Origin: Eledone cirrhosa
Taxonomy: Eukaryota
Length of the DNA: 64,000 nt
Assembly (NCBI GenBank): GCA_964016885.1
Contig: OZ024755.1
Span: forward strand, 11,718,001 to 11,782,000
Direction: 5' to 3'
The notes below the pieces were generated by a model. It was not told the DNA's origin. It ran no database searches and saw nothing but the letters and a program-made list of their open reading frames with translations. The position numbers and the translations under genes were made by a program. Positions 46,700-61,182 of this stretch are shown here, one piece after another (positions within the stretch are counted from its first letter, which is position 1; every line of letters starts with the position of its first letter).

Positions 46700-47150
46700 T
46701 TTACAAGAGAGATCAAGAGAAGGACGACAAAGGGAAAGGCTACAATTTCTAACTAAATTACATACGAATGGTTCGAAATATCTCAAAGGAAACAAAGTGA
46801 GGTTTTGTAAATGTTTTTTTTCTTACATAGTTTTGACTTATGAAGCAGAGATTTATGTAATTAATAAAAGTGATCAAATCGTATGAGACGTTTGAAATAC
46901 GTTGTTGCTGGAGAATGAAAAACAGTGAGGGTATGTTGGTTTGTAAGACATATGAATGAGTCATTTCTACACATAATTGGAAACTCTAAGGTGTTGTACA
47001 GTGACGATACAGCAACTGAAATACTTAAATAATATAGTTTATATGGAGCATTGAGATATGTGGTTAGAATTGTTTTGGGAAAATCTTTGCAATGTATGTT
47101 GGATATACAGGTGTAAAAGCTAAAGTAGAATAGAGTATGAAAAAGCAAAC
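46700..47150 (+). pseudogene. RTE-like LINE RT C-terminal remnant
   Basis: EIKRRTTKGKA.., KVRFCKCFFSYIVLTYEAEIYVINKSD, FEIRCCWRM. Confidence 0.55.
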
Positions 47151-48046
47151 AATTTATAATTCTACCTTATATTTAATCATGTTTCGAGGTAAAGAAATGG
47201 AGCGTAATGTTTATGAAGAGCCGAACTACTCTGCACAGATTCTGGGTCGGTAGAGTTTAAGGAAATTAATCTGACTGCTGAGTTTAGTTCGTTTGTCCGA
47301 TAATTGGAATTGATTTAACGTGAACATAATTTACACCTGGCACTGGTGTGATTAGTACAAAGTAGTGTGGCTTATATGAGACATAGTATACTATGTGGTT
47401 ACGATTGTATAGCCATAGAAGCTCAGAATCTACTCCCGCATCGAACCTCCTCCACATAATACCAAAGGCACTATTAATGTTTTTATTAGCTTTGGCTGTA
47501 CACATCTATGATAAAAGCTTTCCATGAGTGAGCATCAGATCTAATTGAAAATATTGTGGCTTGATTTATGTGACATTTAGCTATTATTTCTAGCCGTTCT
47601 AGGGATACTATAGAATCTTCCTCTTTAGCTTGTGCGGCATTGATATCCGTTATCCATGCAAATTTACAATGGAAAAGAGGGATTGTTTTATTAGTTATTA
47701 TTATGACAATATTGTAATAATTCTTTCTACTTTTGGCACAAGGCCAGCAATTACACAGTACACTACTGGTACTTTATTTTGTCGACCCCGTAAGGATGAA
47801 AGGCAAAGTTAACCTCGGCGGGATTTGAAAATATTGTAATAATATATTCAAATACTAATACCCTGATAAAGACAGCTTTACAGATAAACTGACACCTACA
47901 TCTATACAGTACGTTTATAGGTGATAATAACGAGTAGAATCGGTTATGTCAGTGAGAGTTACTGATTAAGAAGTAAAGCGTATGGACGAAGTCTTCAAAT
48001 AGATGCAGTAATTTCGGACTCTCTGTATCAAATATACATACTAATG

Positions 48047-48090
<44 letters not shown>

Positions 48091-48895
48091 GTGTGTGTGT
48101 ACACATGTTAGGTATTCAGAAATCTTTCAAATTTGTGGAGTAAGTTTTTAACACATAGCCCTCAATGGCGTATTCCTTTATTCCATTGAATAAAGAACAA
48201 GAATAATTTGTAAAAAATTTTTAACGTCAGGTTGTTTGTGTTAAACATTCAAATTCCGTCGAAGACTTCCGGCGTCGGTGAAATAACTATCAGTAGATAG
48301 TCAGCCTCGATATACGGCTGCTCTCCTACCCAGCTAACAAGCAAGCCCAATCAGTGTTAAACCTGGGCTACACAACAATTATAACAGTCATTGTCTCAAG
48401 AATCAATCATCTTAAATAATTTATCTGCTTTCTGAATTCTTTAATTATATCATTAGTGTCTCAATTAGGATTCGATTTAAGTTAACAGATCTTATAAGAG
48501 ATATGTCTCAATATCAATTTAAACGTGTTATTGCATTAGAGATAGCCATGTTTAATTCTATTTAACTTATAGGTACGTCATTTAGTCTACCATCGTGTTG
48601 AGGGACAAACGTATATATGACTGCGGTAGGTATGAGCGTTGCATTGATGCTTATATGTTGTTGTTGTTGTTTTTTTTATATCTTGTGTGTATCCGACTTA
48701 GGATAGGTTCACCATATCTCTGCCTGTCGGAAGAGCCGCCAATAAGCCGTGATGCCAAGAAGGGCGTTGCGCTGTAAAACATTGCATAAACAAGAACCTC
48801 ATGATAGATACGAAGCTTTTCATGGGATTTATAATGCTAACACTTGCTTTTACAGTAACATATGGCCTTAAAACCTGTGCTATTGCATTATCATA

Positions 48896-49235
48896 TGAAG
48901 GCGCATGGCTTAGAGTGGTTAGAGCGTTGGACTTGCAATTGAGAGGTTGTGAGTTCGATTCTCGGACTGGGTGATGCGTTGTGGCCTTCAGCAATGAACT
49001 TTATTTCACGTTGCTGCAGTTCATTCAGCTGTAGAAATGAATTGGGACGTCACTGGTGCCAAGCTGTATTGGCACTTACCTTTCCCTTGGATATCATCAG
49101 TAGCGTGGAGAAGGGAGACTGGTATGCATGGGCGACTGCAGGTCTTCTACAAACAATCACTGCCCATGTTTATGCCTCGGAGGAGAACTGTCTACGTGCA
49201 AAACCATAGTCATTAGTGACCGACGGAGCCTTTAA
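48896..49235 (+). mobile_element. Full-length tRNA-derived SINE family B
   Basis: A box TGGCTTAGAGTGG and B box GAGTTCGATTCT; body shared with the copies at 1248, 17290 and 22972. Confidence 0.85.
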
Positions 49236-50399
49236 CATTGCATTATCTGTTTCCTGTATAACCACTGATACTGCCGTCACTATTGATTCGACAGTCTTGC
49301 CTTTATCATGTGTTACTATATATTTGTTCTTAGCATTCTCCTCATTTGTCAAGTTAATAGTGTTGCCACCGTTGTTGATAATGTTGCAATTATTGTTATT
49401 TTAGCAATTCATATATCTGTTTCCTCTGCTCCGAAACATTAAGCCTGTTATCATGTTAGAAATTATATCCTGACTATCGAATAAATAATCTATTTAGCTT
49501 TGTTTATATAATAATGGTTAACTAAACATGACAACAAATCACAAATACATTAGATATATGAATAATATAGTAAATGAAACCAGATTTGCCTCAAGACACA
49601 TGTTTCTACAAGTTAAATACAAGATCAAGAGAAAATAGATACATTAATAATTATAATGGTAATGAGGATGAAAAGGGAGTAAATGTGAAAGACGAAGAAG
49701 ATAGGTAGAATGGAATGAAATATATGTGGCTAATTGTAAATTCCTAATGTATACCGTAGAAATTAACCGCTGCCAAAAAAATTCTGTGAAGCTCTAATAA
49801 GAAATATGATTACTTATTGTAATATTTATTGTTTTATCAAAAACAATCTTCAACTAATGCGATTATTCTAACAAGGCAGAAGTATGATCAAATTAGATTA
49901 ATTCAACATCTTTACCAGGATTGTTCAATATAAAATGTTTCTCCTCACCTCAATCATTTGCTTGCTAACTGAAAATACTGCACCATCATTGCATTGTAGT
50001 GTGTCATCTGAGAGCGGTGGATTGACAATATAGGTAGAGCATCGAACACCAGAATATATTTGTTCAAGTCTGGTGATTATTTTATAGATCTCTATTTGTC
50101 GAAGCGCTTGTTATGGGACATAAAAAAAGTAAATTTAATCTCTCTCTCATATTATTCACAATCCATTGATCAACCTGAGGCTATAGTAGAAGACAATTTT
50201 CCCAAGCTACAACGCAGTGGGACTGAACCCGAAGTCACACACAGCCATGTTTGTTCTGCCTAATATCGAGATTAATCCAAGGAAGGTCATCCATATTACT
50301 TTGATCCGGATATCCTATATATTATGAAGTAACAATCCAATTTGCTATGAAGCCTATCTCAAAATGGAAATAAATCAATTATCTAAAGTTGGGTGTAAA

Positions 50400-50685
50400 T
50401 GTGCTACACTTTATAATACAGTGTCTTAGAATGTCAGAAGAGATATTGGCATAAAGTTTGGTATTGACACGTGTGTCATGTACCTAATAAAGAGAGAAAA
50501 GTTTAAAGGTTGACGGAATCACCCTTATAGAGACCCTAGCAATAAATTCATTGGAGGATGAGGAGAAGAAAAATAAAATAAAATAATATGAAGATTATAG
50601 AAGCAGGACTGAAGGAAGAGTATATATCCTTAAAGGGATCAATATCTGGGCAATACCAATATTGACATATTCTGCAATGGAATGC
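50400..50685 (+). pseudogene. Decayed R4/Dong-type RT fragment
   Basis: VRRDIGIKFGIDTCVMYLIKREK, GITL, KGINIWAIPILTYSA (compare DIGMxFGLDKC and AINTxAIPVxxYS). Confidence 0.6.
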
Positions 50686-51632
50686 ACCTCAGTCGGTTTC
50701 GGCGATTTGCGTTCCAGCTGTTCGATCAACGGAACAACTTGATCGTGAAATTAACGAGCAAATAGCTGAGCATTCTTCCGCTACATATAGCCTTAATGTA
50801 ATCTAATCCTAAGGAAGATTCGGTGCTACACAATGCGGTACATAATTATAGGTAGACTCCATAAGAGGAGCTTCTAAGTTATTTACCAAGTTTCACTCAC
50901 CGAAGTTCTAGTAATTGACACTTATCCAAAATGCCAACTTGCTCGTGTAAGCCGTTCAGCATTCCAAGGACTAGTGTACTCATAACCTCAGGGAGATTCT
51001 GCAGTGTGCTACAACGCTAGCCCTTTGAATTACATGTACACTACATTGTCTATGTTTATGTTAGTGGCTGAGCATTCTATATATACGTGTATATTCAATA
51101 TAATTCTGAGTGAGATTCAGTATGGTAATGTTCGGCAAAGTTGATTCCCAATTTCCCTCACAAGACTTGTAACGACCTGAGCTAATGGTAAATAATATCT
51201 GTCTGAGAGGTCAGGCAGTGGGATCGAACACGGGCCTATATGATTGTGAACGGAGCTTCGTATACATTTGGCCATGCTGCATACGCAATGAAAAGTATTG
51301 GAGAAATATGTATAAAAAGATATGATCACAGCTTAAAATACTCACAGTGCATGCATGTTTATTGCACATAAACATATTGTATATGGGTTTATATACGCCT
51401 TTATTCACATAAAAGGGTACAGGAAATCAAAAATTGCCTGAATGGATCGGCCAATACAAAAATCGATAACGATTTTGGAACTAAATAAACAGTTCGATTC
51501 CAACCCGAATCGATTTTAGCAGGAACAAAGTAAAATTAAAACAGAAATCAATGCAGCGCTCTCAACAAGAAGTCAAAGAATTTGGAGAAAGGGAGAGTGA
51601 GCGACTGAGGGAACGCTACTGAATAATAATAA

Positions 51633-52175
51633 TAATTGTTTCTACTTTTGGCACAAGGCAAGCAATTATCCCAGAGCATTACTGGTACTTTATTTTATCG
51701 ACCCCGTAAGGATGAAAGGCAAAGTTAACCTCAGCGGAATTTGAACTCAGAACATAAAGGGCCATAACTCTATGCTGTAAAGCATGGTGTCTGACGCTCT
51801 ACTGATGCTGCCAATTCACCGCCCTCTGAATAATAATAATAATGGTTTCTGATTTAGGACAAGCATCTTGTCCGACGCTCTAATGATTCTGACAATACCC
51901 CACCCTGTAAAAATATAATTTCTAATTTAGGCAGAAGGCCAGCAATATATGGTGAGGGGAAAATCAATCATATCGAACCCCCCGTTCTTTACTGGTACTT
52001 TATTTTATCAGCACCGTTAGGATAAAGGGCAAAGTTAACTTAGGCGGCATTTGAACTCAAAACTAAGCAATTTAAAGGGAGGGGGAACAGTTGAATATGC
52101 AGACCTCGGTATTTGACTGGTTCTTTATTTCATCGACACCGAAAAGATTACAGACAAAGCTCGGTTGAATTTGAA
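51633..52175 (-). mobile_element. SINE family A tandem cluster
   Basis: Three to four head-to-tail copies or fragments, with (AAT)n at the junctions. Confidence 0.8.
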
Positions 52176-52306
52176 ATGAAGAAGTAGTAGTAGTAGTAGT
52201 AGTAGTACAACCACTACCAACACCATCCCCATCGGTGCTGGTGTACAATTATTTACCGCTTGAATTAATGAGAGAAATATAGACTAATTCTTCTGATAGG
52301 CGATAA

Positions 52307-52342
<36 letters not shown>

Positions 52343-53843
52343 TATACACTGAACGAGAAGACAGCATGTATCCAGCTCAGCAAATTTTAACTAGCTACAG
52401 ATTAAAATAGCCGAAAGAAGCCATTCTGTATACACCTGACCACGCAATCTTTATTGAAAATATTTTATGAACCTTCACCAAATAACAAATCGAAAAACTA
52501 ATGGAACATCCCTATGGTGACAGACGTGAGGATGACATATAAGTTTAATATTATTACTCAAAGTAAAATCTTCTTATCGTTATTTCAGCTTACAGCAGGG
52601 TACGAAACATGAACATTTTTCAATTGGGTATTTAGATGTTCAGCAGGATCGGTATTTTTAACCAATTAGTTCTCACACGAACCCAAACTGGTGAGGTGGG
52701 TGTAGTGTGTGTGTGTGTGTGTGCGGGGGGGGGGGGGGGTATATTATCTGGTGGTCATTTTTGGCAAATCATTCCCCACACGAGCCGAAACTGTTGGGTG
52801 GGGTATACTACCTTTAGGTCATTTAGGCCAGTTATTCCTCACATGGATCCAAGCTGTTGGGAGGAAGGAATATACTACTTGACAGTCAGTTTCGCCGCCA
52901 ATTGTTGCCCACGCGACCTCAACCTACTGAGAGAGCTATACTATCTACTGGTCTTCTAGGTTCATTACTTCCTCCGAGAGGCCAGATTGTCGGGGTGGGG
53001 CTATATCATTTGTCGGTTATTTAGACGAATTAGTTGCTACGAGAGAACCTAACCTCTTGTGTGAAGCGGTATACGTGTCTTGTATTGATGGATGGAGGTG
53101 TGCTGGTGGTGGTGTAACAGAAGTATCATTAAATTTCCGGTGACAGGGGGTGTGATTTCAACTCAGAATGCACAGAGCCGGAACAGATACCACTAAACCT
53201 TCAGTCCGTCACTTTTAACATTTCAATCAATCCACAGCTCCTGGATTCGCACTTTATTTATCGATCCCAAAAGACGAGCTGCAAAGTTGACCATGGCGAA
53301 ATTTTAACAGTGTGCAGAGAGCCGGTGTAAATAACTGAAAGTATTTAATCCAACAGTAACGTCTGCCACTTCGTCACTTAGTTATTAAAATAATATCGTA
53401 TTTAAAAGTTGCTTATTAAAAGTGGTTATCTGTAATATTGAAGAGAGAAAAGAAATGATAAACTAATAAATTAGACAGCTTTTGCTTTTAAACGAGCGTT
53501 CATAATAAGAAATGAGTCCTTCAGGCTACGTGTAATTGGTGTATGAAATAATAAGCAACGACTTCTATATATATATTGACAGATAATATAGATAGTCATG
53601 AACATGTTCATGTGGCTAGCATTACAAAAAATTCTATATGTTAAACATATGCTATGTGAGTTTGTATATTTATTAATATGTTTATCTCTGTATGACACTT
53701 TACATACACACATATATAGACAATGCATTCCCTACATGAAGCAAGTTGCTACAGTAAGTAATTCCCTTTTCAATCAGAAAGCTCAAATTTATAAAGCTAC
53801 CTTTCTCTCCGTAAATAGTTATTGCCTTAAGATACTCATACAT

Positions 53844-54029
53844 TAGTTGTTTCTATATTAGGCACAAGGCCAGCAATTACCCAGTACATTACTGGTACTT
53901 TATTTTATCGACCCCGTAAAGATGAAAGGCAAAGTTAACCTCGGCGGGATTTGAACTCAGATCATAAAGGGACGTAACTCTATGCTTCAAAGCATGGTGT
54001 CCGACTCTCTAACGATACTGCCAATCCAT
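53844..54029 (-). mobile_element. SINE family A, short-tail variant
   Basis: Near-identical to the copies at ~34905 and ~60800. Confidence 0.85.
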
Positions 54030-54871
54030 ATTGCGTTTATTTTTAATCACATCCACGTGTCAATAACATAAACTATATGGTTTCTCTTATGTAATCCATT
54101 CATTTATCAAAACGCAAATTTCACATTATGTATGAACGTTCATATATCATCTAATCCTGGACTCAAGAAATGAAATACCTTTAATTGTATTGCCTCATTA
54201 TCGACAGCACGGGACCACTAATGATTAGGATATTCTCAAACATCATTTGTTAGCCTTCGGTATATTTATGCAAAGTTTTCAATAAAAATATCATTACCAA
54301 TACTAATCCGTAACCCATAGCTTTACAGATGCAGCAAGCACTATTCGGTAGTCAACAACGTGGGAATTCCAGAGGTGTGCCTACTATATTTAGCAAGTCG
54401 AGAAAGAACGTAGATCATCCTTCATTGGGATAATTTATACCGAACGAATAGAAATATAGCATAGTCAACCAAACTGGCAAGACGTAGAGTGAGAGATATT
54501 TTGGAAAATGTGTCTCTGATTCAGCTGATACCGGAATTTTTGTAGTTGAAGTTTATATTTTTTAATAAATGTAGTTTTTGCAACTGTAGATATCATTGTA
54601 CAAGAGTGGATTCATTCATGTGGTACTTGCTACTTCTGTTGCTGCTGTTTCTGCTATTGTTGCTGTTAGTGGTGATGGTGATGGTGTGGTGGTGGTGGTG
54701 GTAGGACTCGTTTTCTGCAGGTTCCTCTGTTGTGTTCCAGTCTTTTATTTTTTTTTTTTGTTTCCATTCAATGTATCCTCTCAACATGCTTGTTAATTTC
54801 TTTTGTTAAACACACTACTATCAATATGCTCAAACATGAGGACACACACACACATACAGATACGCGCACAC

Positions 54872-54923
<52 letters not shown>

Positions 54924-55076
54924 AAAACACAAGTATTTATGACGTGATAATGAATGAAGAAAGGGAAAAGGATGAAATATTAAGGAAAAACGAAACACCG
55001 TTCTAATTAGTGTGTGTGTGTCTTTATATTTATACACATGCAAACACATAAAAAAATCACATAAAAACAAGAAAAG

Positions 55077-55367
55077 ATCTCCAATGAGGGATTGCCAAAT
55101 AGATGCGAACAGGAGAATATGTCAGCAATCCTTCTCATAAGAAGATGGAAATGGATAGGCTATGTTCTCAGTAGAACAGTCTGTCACTGGACAACAAAAG
55201 ACAAGAGAAAACAAGGATGGCCAAAGAACATCTGGCGCAGAACAATGGAAGGAGAGATAAAGGCCTGGCAACACAGATGGAGTACCATCCAGAAGGTGGC
55301 ACAAGACAGACAAGTGTGAAGGAACTTCGATGCTTCCCTACATACCGGTGGGTATAACGGGCAGTAG
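55077..55367 (+). mobile_element. RTE-clade LINE 3' end
   Basis: ISNEGL..RRWKWIGYVL..HWTTKDKRKQGWPKNIWRRTME..AQDRQV*R. Confidence 0.8.
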
Positions 55368-55373
55368 ATAGAA

Positions 55374-55442
<69 letters not shown>

Positions 55443-55445
55443 TAT

Positions 55446-55608
55446 GAACGAGTAGGACCCCGACGGCTGAGCTCAAGCCGTTTCGACGGCTAATTCTGGA
55501 CTCAGCCGTCGGGGTCCTACTCGTTCCTATTACCCACTCTACTACCCTAAGTATTGAGTACTTTGGTGCGTTATGGTCCACCTGGTTCCTTACCACATTT
55601 CCTTCGTT
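55446..55608 (+). mobile_element. (TA)n-inserted short element with a 26-bp fold-back 5' junction
   Basis: Arms 55446-55471 and 55501-55526; GTATTGAGTAC at ~55551; homolog of 11799-11935. Confidence 0.75.
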
Positions 55609-55623
55609 ATATATATTTATATA

Positions 55624-55659
<36 letters not shown>

Positions 55660-56232
55660 CAACCATCTCAGTGATATTGCTCTAATAAGTTCAAAATCCT
55701 GTTCAGTCATGGGTGAAACAAAAATAAAAGGATTCATTTGAAACTTTGATAGAATCTTTAATGAATAAAGTATTAAGTTGTTGTAGAAAAGTGTCTCAAT
55801 TAAATATTGGTATTGCTTTCAAGTTATATATATATATATATTCGTACGTTTGGTTTCTTATACACGAGGAAAATGTACTCAGTACTAAAGTAGAGAATAT
55901 TATATGTTTATGGTATTAATGAGATTACGTTTTGTTGCTAGTTTCAATTTGGTGGATTGCCGCTGATCACGATCACGCATCTCACGAACAGAGTGGGCTT
56001 CGATCTGTTACACAAACTACATCACGAGTGCAGTACCACATTAATGCGCGAAACTGCACTGCAAGCAAAGTGGTTGACGAAGTAGGCTGAATTTATCTGC
56101 TCGTGTTTTGTAATTGTGTGCATTTTCTGCTTATACTATATGTATTATGTACATGTATCCACACCAAGGCATCTACACGTTCATAAAAGAGGCATGATTG
56201 TTATTCATTCTATACATCTGATATTAATTGTC

Positions 56233-56288
<56 letters not shown>

Positions 56289-56499
56289 TGAGAGAGAGAG
56301 AGAGAGAGTAGATATATAGATAGATAGATATGTACGTCTTTCCATTTTCGTTCTAATCTCAACTGTTAGCCGTATTTAATCCAATGCCTTCATAGAAAGT
56401 AAAGAAATGAAGATTTTCAACAGAAACCTTCACTTGATAACAACATTTCTTCTTAATTCTTAATCTCTTCCAAGATCCAACGAATGAAGCCATACAACG

Positions 56500-57383
56500 G
56501 CTCTGTTTCTATTTCTTCCTTCGTCGTTGATTCATTCCGTCTTTTTTCTTTCTCTTTTTTATTTATTTATTTCTCTCTGTCTTTATTTAGTCTCTTTCCC
56601 TTTTGTCTCTTTGTGTCATTTTACCTTTTTATCTTTCTATATTGTTTTATCTTTTCTTTCTTTCTCTCATTTCATCTTTTTATTCTCACTTTTATGTCAC
56701 TTGTTTCTATTTCATTATCATCATCATCACCACTATCGTCAACGGCGCCATCATCGTCATCGTTGCTATCGTTATCATTGACATCGTCATCATCATCATC
56801 ATCAACTTATCTTTTTCCCTATTTCAGTTTCACTTCTTTCTCTCTCTCTCTCTTTCTGAATTCATGTCTCACTACCTTATATATATATGTGTGTGTAATC
56901 TTCTTTCTTTGATTTCTTTCCTCTTTTCTCACATTCTATCCGGATCTCATCACTTTGCTATGTCTCCCCTACCCCACTTTTCTTATTTACATCTCTTCTA
57001 CCGAAATATAGATGCCACCCAGTCTTGCTATTTCTACCTTACTTTTTCTCCTTTTTTCTCACATCTTCCAGTTTTTTTACATCTTTTTACTCTTTCTTTT
57101 CCCCTTCATTCTTACATCATCCTTCTTTTCTCCTTTTTTCTCTTATCAACGTTTTTTTTCACCTTCTTCTTTTTCTCCTTCCTTACATCCTCCTCCTTTT
57201 TCTTCTTTCTCATACCAACTTACTTTTTTCCTTTCTTTTTTGCGACGTCGTTTATTTTAATAATTTTGTTAAATTCTGTCTTTGTACATCCCCCCCCCCT
57301 CTTATATCCCCGCTACACTCACTCTCTTTTTTTCATCACTCCTCATTCTCCGCTTTCCTCTACTAACTCTACCAATAAAATCC

Positions 57384-57415
<32 letters not shown>

Positions 57416-57680
57416 CAAATCCACCATCGCCATCCCGACCACTACTACAACTATTAAAAGTACCACCATTACTACTACTAACACTCCACCACTACAGCTA
57501 CTACTAAAACTCTACCACTACTACTATTACCACCGACAACACGACAAGCACCACCACCATCACTACCATTATCCTACACGGTACTAGTACTACCAACACA
57601 ACTGCAACCACCACCAATACTAACACCAACAAAACTGCCCCACTACCACTACATCAGCCATCATCACCACCACCAACACA
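56500..57680. repeat. Pyrimidine-rich low-complexity tract, then an (ACT/ACC)n mosaic
   Basis: Direct inspection. Confidence 0.8.
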
Positions 57681-58089
57681 CTTTCTGCTAATCTACGTTT
57701 TAATTTTGCTCTCCTCTAATAAAAAGCGATTAAATATCGAATCCAATAAAATGCTAGTAGATATTTTATCATGTTTGTTGTTGTTGTTGTTGTTGGATTT
57801 TACTGCAAATTCTTGTTTATATATATATTTATTTGTTTGTTTTGTTTTGTTTTTCAGTTTCGGTTGTACAATCACAGATGTTGCTGCTGCTAAGCGGCAT
57901 CTCTCGCAACAAGTTTTCGAATTCAATTTGGATCCATTTTATTTGCATCATCAACATTACCATTGATGTCTTAAATCGGGTGCCTTCGTGATACGGCGTG
58001 TCTTCGGCTATTTAGCGGCGTCTGACCCTATTTTGACCAGAACTGATTTTTTTCAATGGAGTTCTACTGAATTTTAATGGAGTTCTACT

Positions 58090-58700
58090 GAAGCAAGTGG
58101 AGAAGTTCATCTCGGCGCCGTGTTCACGAGCGAGCGAAGGCAGGAGGCTAAATTAAGTGCAAGAATTGCAACAGCTTGTGCAGTAATGCACCAGCTTCAA
58201 CGTGCAGTAATCAGAAGGAAGGTAGGTGTAAAAGCCAAACTCGCTATTTTCATTTCGGTATTCGTGTTCACTCTTACCTATGGTCATGAAGCTTAGGAAC
58301 TGACAGCAAGAATGCGATCGCGAATGCAAACAGCAGAAATGGGGCAACTCCGAAGGGGCTTTACTCGATAGAGTGTATAGCTCGGAGATTAGAAAGTCAC
58401 TCCAAGTATAGCCACCACTTCTCCGAATTGAAAGATCACAGCTCCAATATTCCGGGCATATGGATAGAAGGTCTCGGGAAAGAATCGCTAGACAGATTTT
58501 TCGAGCAAAACAAACCGGCAGGAGTTCTAGGGATAAACCCCGAACAAGATGGTTAGAAAACATTCATGAGCTCGGCTGGTCTTGGTTGATGATCCACCCG
58601 GATCAATTGGAAATGGTTGCTTCTGACAGTATCTACTGGAAGGAATGCTTGAGGACTCTGTCCCCACAACCCTCTCAGGAATAAATGGGCGAAGAAGATA
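58090..58700 (+). mobile_element. RTE-clade (Expander/Rex3-like) LINE 3' fragment
   Basis: KAKLAIFISVFVFTLTYGHEA*..RMRSRMQTAEMG..LLRIERSQLQYSGH..KPRTRWLENIHELGW. Confidence 0.85.
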
Positions 58701-58984
58701 TACAGGGGAGGGGGGTTAGAATCATTTCCAGAGCACCTAGTATTATTGTGTATGTCTTTTTTCTGTTCAACAGTCACGTTCAAGTTATCTCTATTTCTAA
58801 ATCATTTTATTGGGATAAATTTTTCGTTTCTTTGAAAGAGATATATTGAGAGATATAAAGCTTAGCGGTATTTGTTCTAGCTCTCTACGGCCTGAGATCA
58901 AATCCCGCCGAGGTCAACCTTACCCTTCGTATTTTCGAGGTCGATAAAGTACCTATCAAGTAGTGGAGTCAATTACTCCTCTCT

Positions 58985-59049
<65 letters not shown>

Positions 59050-59199
59050 CTGTTTCAATAGGAGAAATAGGCTGTGTTGAGAATCGGAGAAGGATGGGCT
59101 CCATCGGGTTTAAATGCCCAAGACACACCCTATATTTCTACAGCATCCCCCACAACTACAATGTAGTTAAGGACATTTGGATGGATTGAGAGACTAACT

Positions 59200-59470
59200 A
59201 GTCAGCAATATCTGTGGCAATATCGGGCTTCAAAGTGTAAATTGAAAAACATAAGTATGTGATCGTAAATGTAGTAGGGACGAAACATCAAAATCGAAAG
59301 CATATAATCTTGAGCACCAGCATATCTGGAAAATCGGCGCCTGCCAAATATGATACGATAATATAGAGACACTTCAAATTTACCCAGAATCTACGAGTTG
59401 AAAGACCATATTAAGGGAACATCATGGCATTAGAATCAGCTTCAAAGACACCAAAATTAACGTTTAGAGC
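59200..59470 (+). pseudogene. Possible decayed PLE GIY-YIG fragment in a (TA)n-flanked island
   Basis: Frame-shifted CDRK..DETSK..LEH, KSAPAKY..HFKF, MALES. Confidence 0.3.
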
Positions 59471-59927
59471 AATTGTCGGAACTGATTCTCAGCATTCTCA
59501 CACGCGCCGCATCAGCACATACACGTATACATAATATATATATATATTGCAAATCCAAGCGAACATATCTATATACACACATACACATTATATATATATT
59601 GCAAATCCAAGCGTACGGATTTATATAGACATACGCACACAGCACACACACATACCCCCAAACATATATATAACTGAAGATGAAAAACACCAAATTGTTT
59701 GCGGTATATTAAAGATGATAATGATGAGAATGTTGATGATATAATATGAGAATAATAACAACAACAGCAACAATAAGATATTCCTTGCCATTATTTGTAG
59801 TGAGAATCCATAGAAAATATGAAACTCAATGGTAATAATATCTACGAGAGGCAGTTCTTTTGATGTAATGGATTCTCGAATTAGAGTGTTAAGGACACAA
59901 ATCGGCCGTTATTGAAATGTATATATG

Positions 59928-60002
<75 letters not shown>

Positions 60003-60487
60003 GCAATATATTTTATATTTAATACATTACATATGTGCACATTATGTACACACATACGCATATTTATATGCATATATATATATATATATATGTGATAGAT
60101 ATATACGCATATACATATATATATGTGTGTGTGTATGTGTGTATGTGTGTGTGGCAATATATGTATTTATGTACACTAGTACCTCTTATTTAACAGGTAG
60201 ACTTTTGGGTGGGAGTTGTTATTGGTCGGCTATATAGATGGATGTTTTGCTTGATAGGACTGATGTGTATAAAGTTAATATTTTCCCGTAGATATTGCAG
60301 AAATTATCATATTAATACGTAATAGAGTATATAATAAACGTTAGCTGAACGTGGAATATCGACTGGAGTGCTGAAAATAATAAAACTTTTAGTATGGTTC
60401 AAAGACCGGATAATACTTTAGCAGATGAAAATATTATCGTTATTACATAACAACAACCTCAATAACAATAATAATAATGACAATAAT

Positions 60488-61182
60488 AATTGTTTCTACT
60501 TTAGGCACAAGGCCAGCAATTACCCAGTGCATTACTGGTACTTTATTTTATCGACCCCGTAAGGATGAAAGGCAAAGTTAACCTCGGCGGGATTTGAACT
60601 CAAACTGTAAAGGGACGTAACTATGCTGGAAAGCATGGCGTCCAATCCTCTACCGATACTGCCATAAGACCAGCAATTTTGGGGGAGGGGAAAGTCGATT
60701 AAATCGACCCCAGTGCGTGACTGGTACTTTATTTTATCGACCCGTTCAATTCACGCCTAGGTCAGCATTCCTTGTCATGCTTACATGGTCGATAAAATAT
60801 AATTGTTTCTACGTTTGGCACAAGGCCAGCAAATACCCAGTACATTACTGCTACTTTATTTTATCGACCCCGTAAGGATGAAAGGCAAAGTTAACCTCGG
60901 CGGGATTTAAACTCAGATCATAAAGGGCCGTAACTCTATGCTGCAAAGCATGGTTTCCGACTCTCTACCGATACTGCCAATCCAATTGTTTCTACGTTAG
61001 GCACAAGGCCAGCAATTTGAAGGGGATGGGAAAATCGATTAAATCGACCCCAGTGCATTACTGGTTCTTTATTTTATCGACCCTGTAAGGACGAGAGGCA
61101 AAGCTAACTTGGGCGGCATTTGAACTCAGTACGTAAAGGCCCTTAACTCTATGCTGCAAAGCATACATAAAGGGACGTAATT
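60488..61182 (-). mobile_element. SINE family A tandem cluster
   Basis: Four copies or fragments; shares a composite junction with 34848-35090. Confidence 0.85.

Noticed and set aside
48896-48975. Functional tRNA gene
   Set aside because: A and B boxes are present, but there is no acceptor stem and it continues into a SINE body.
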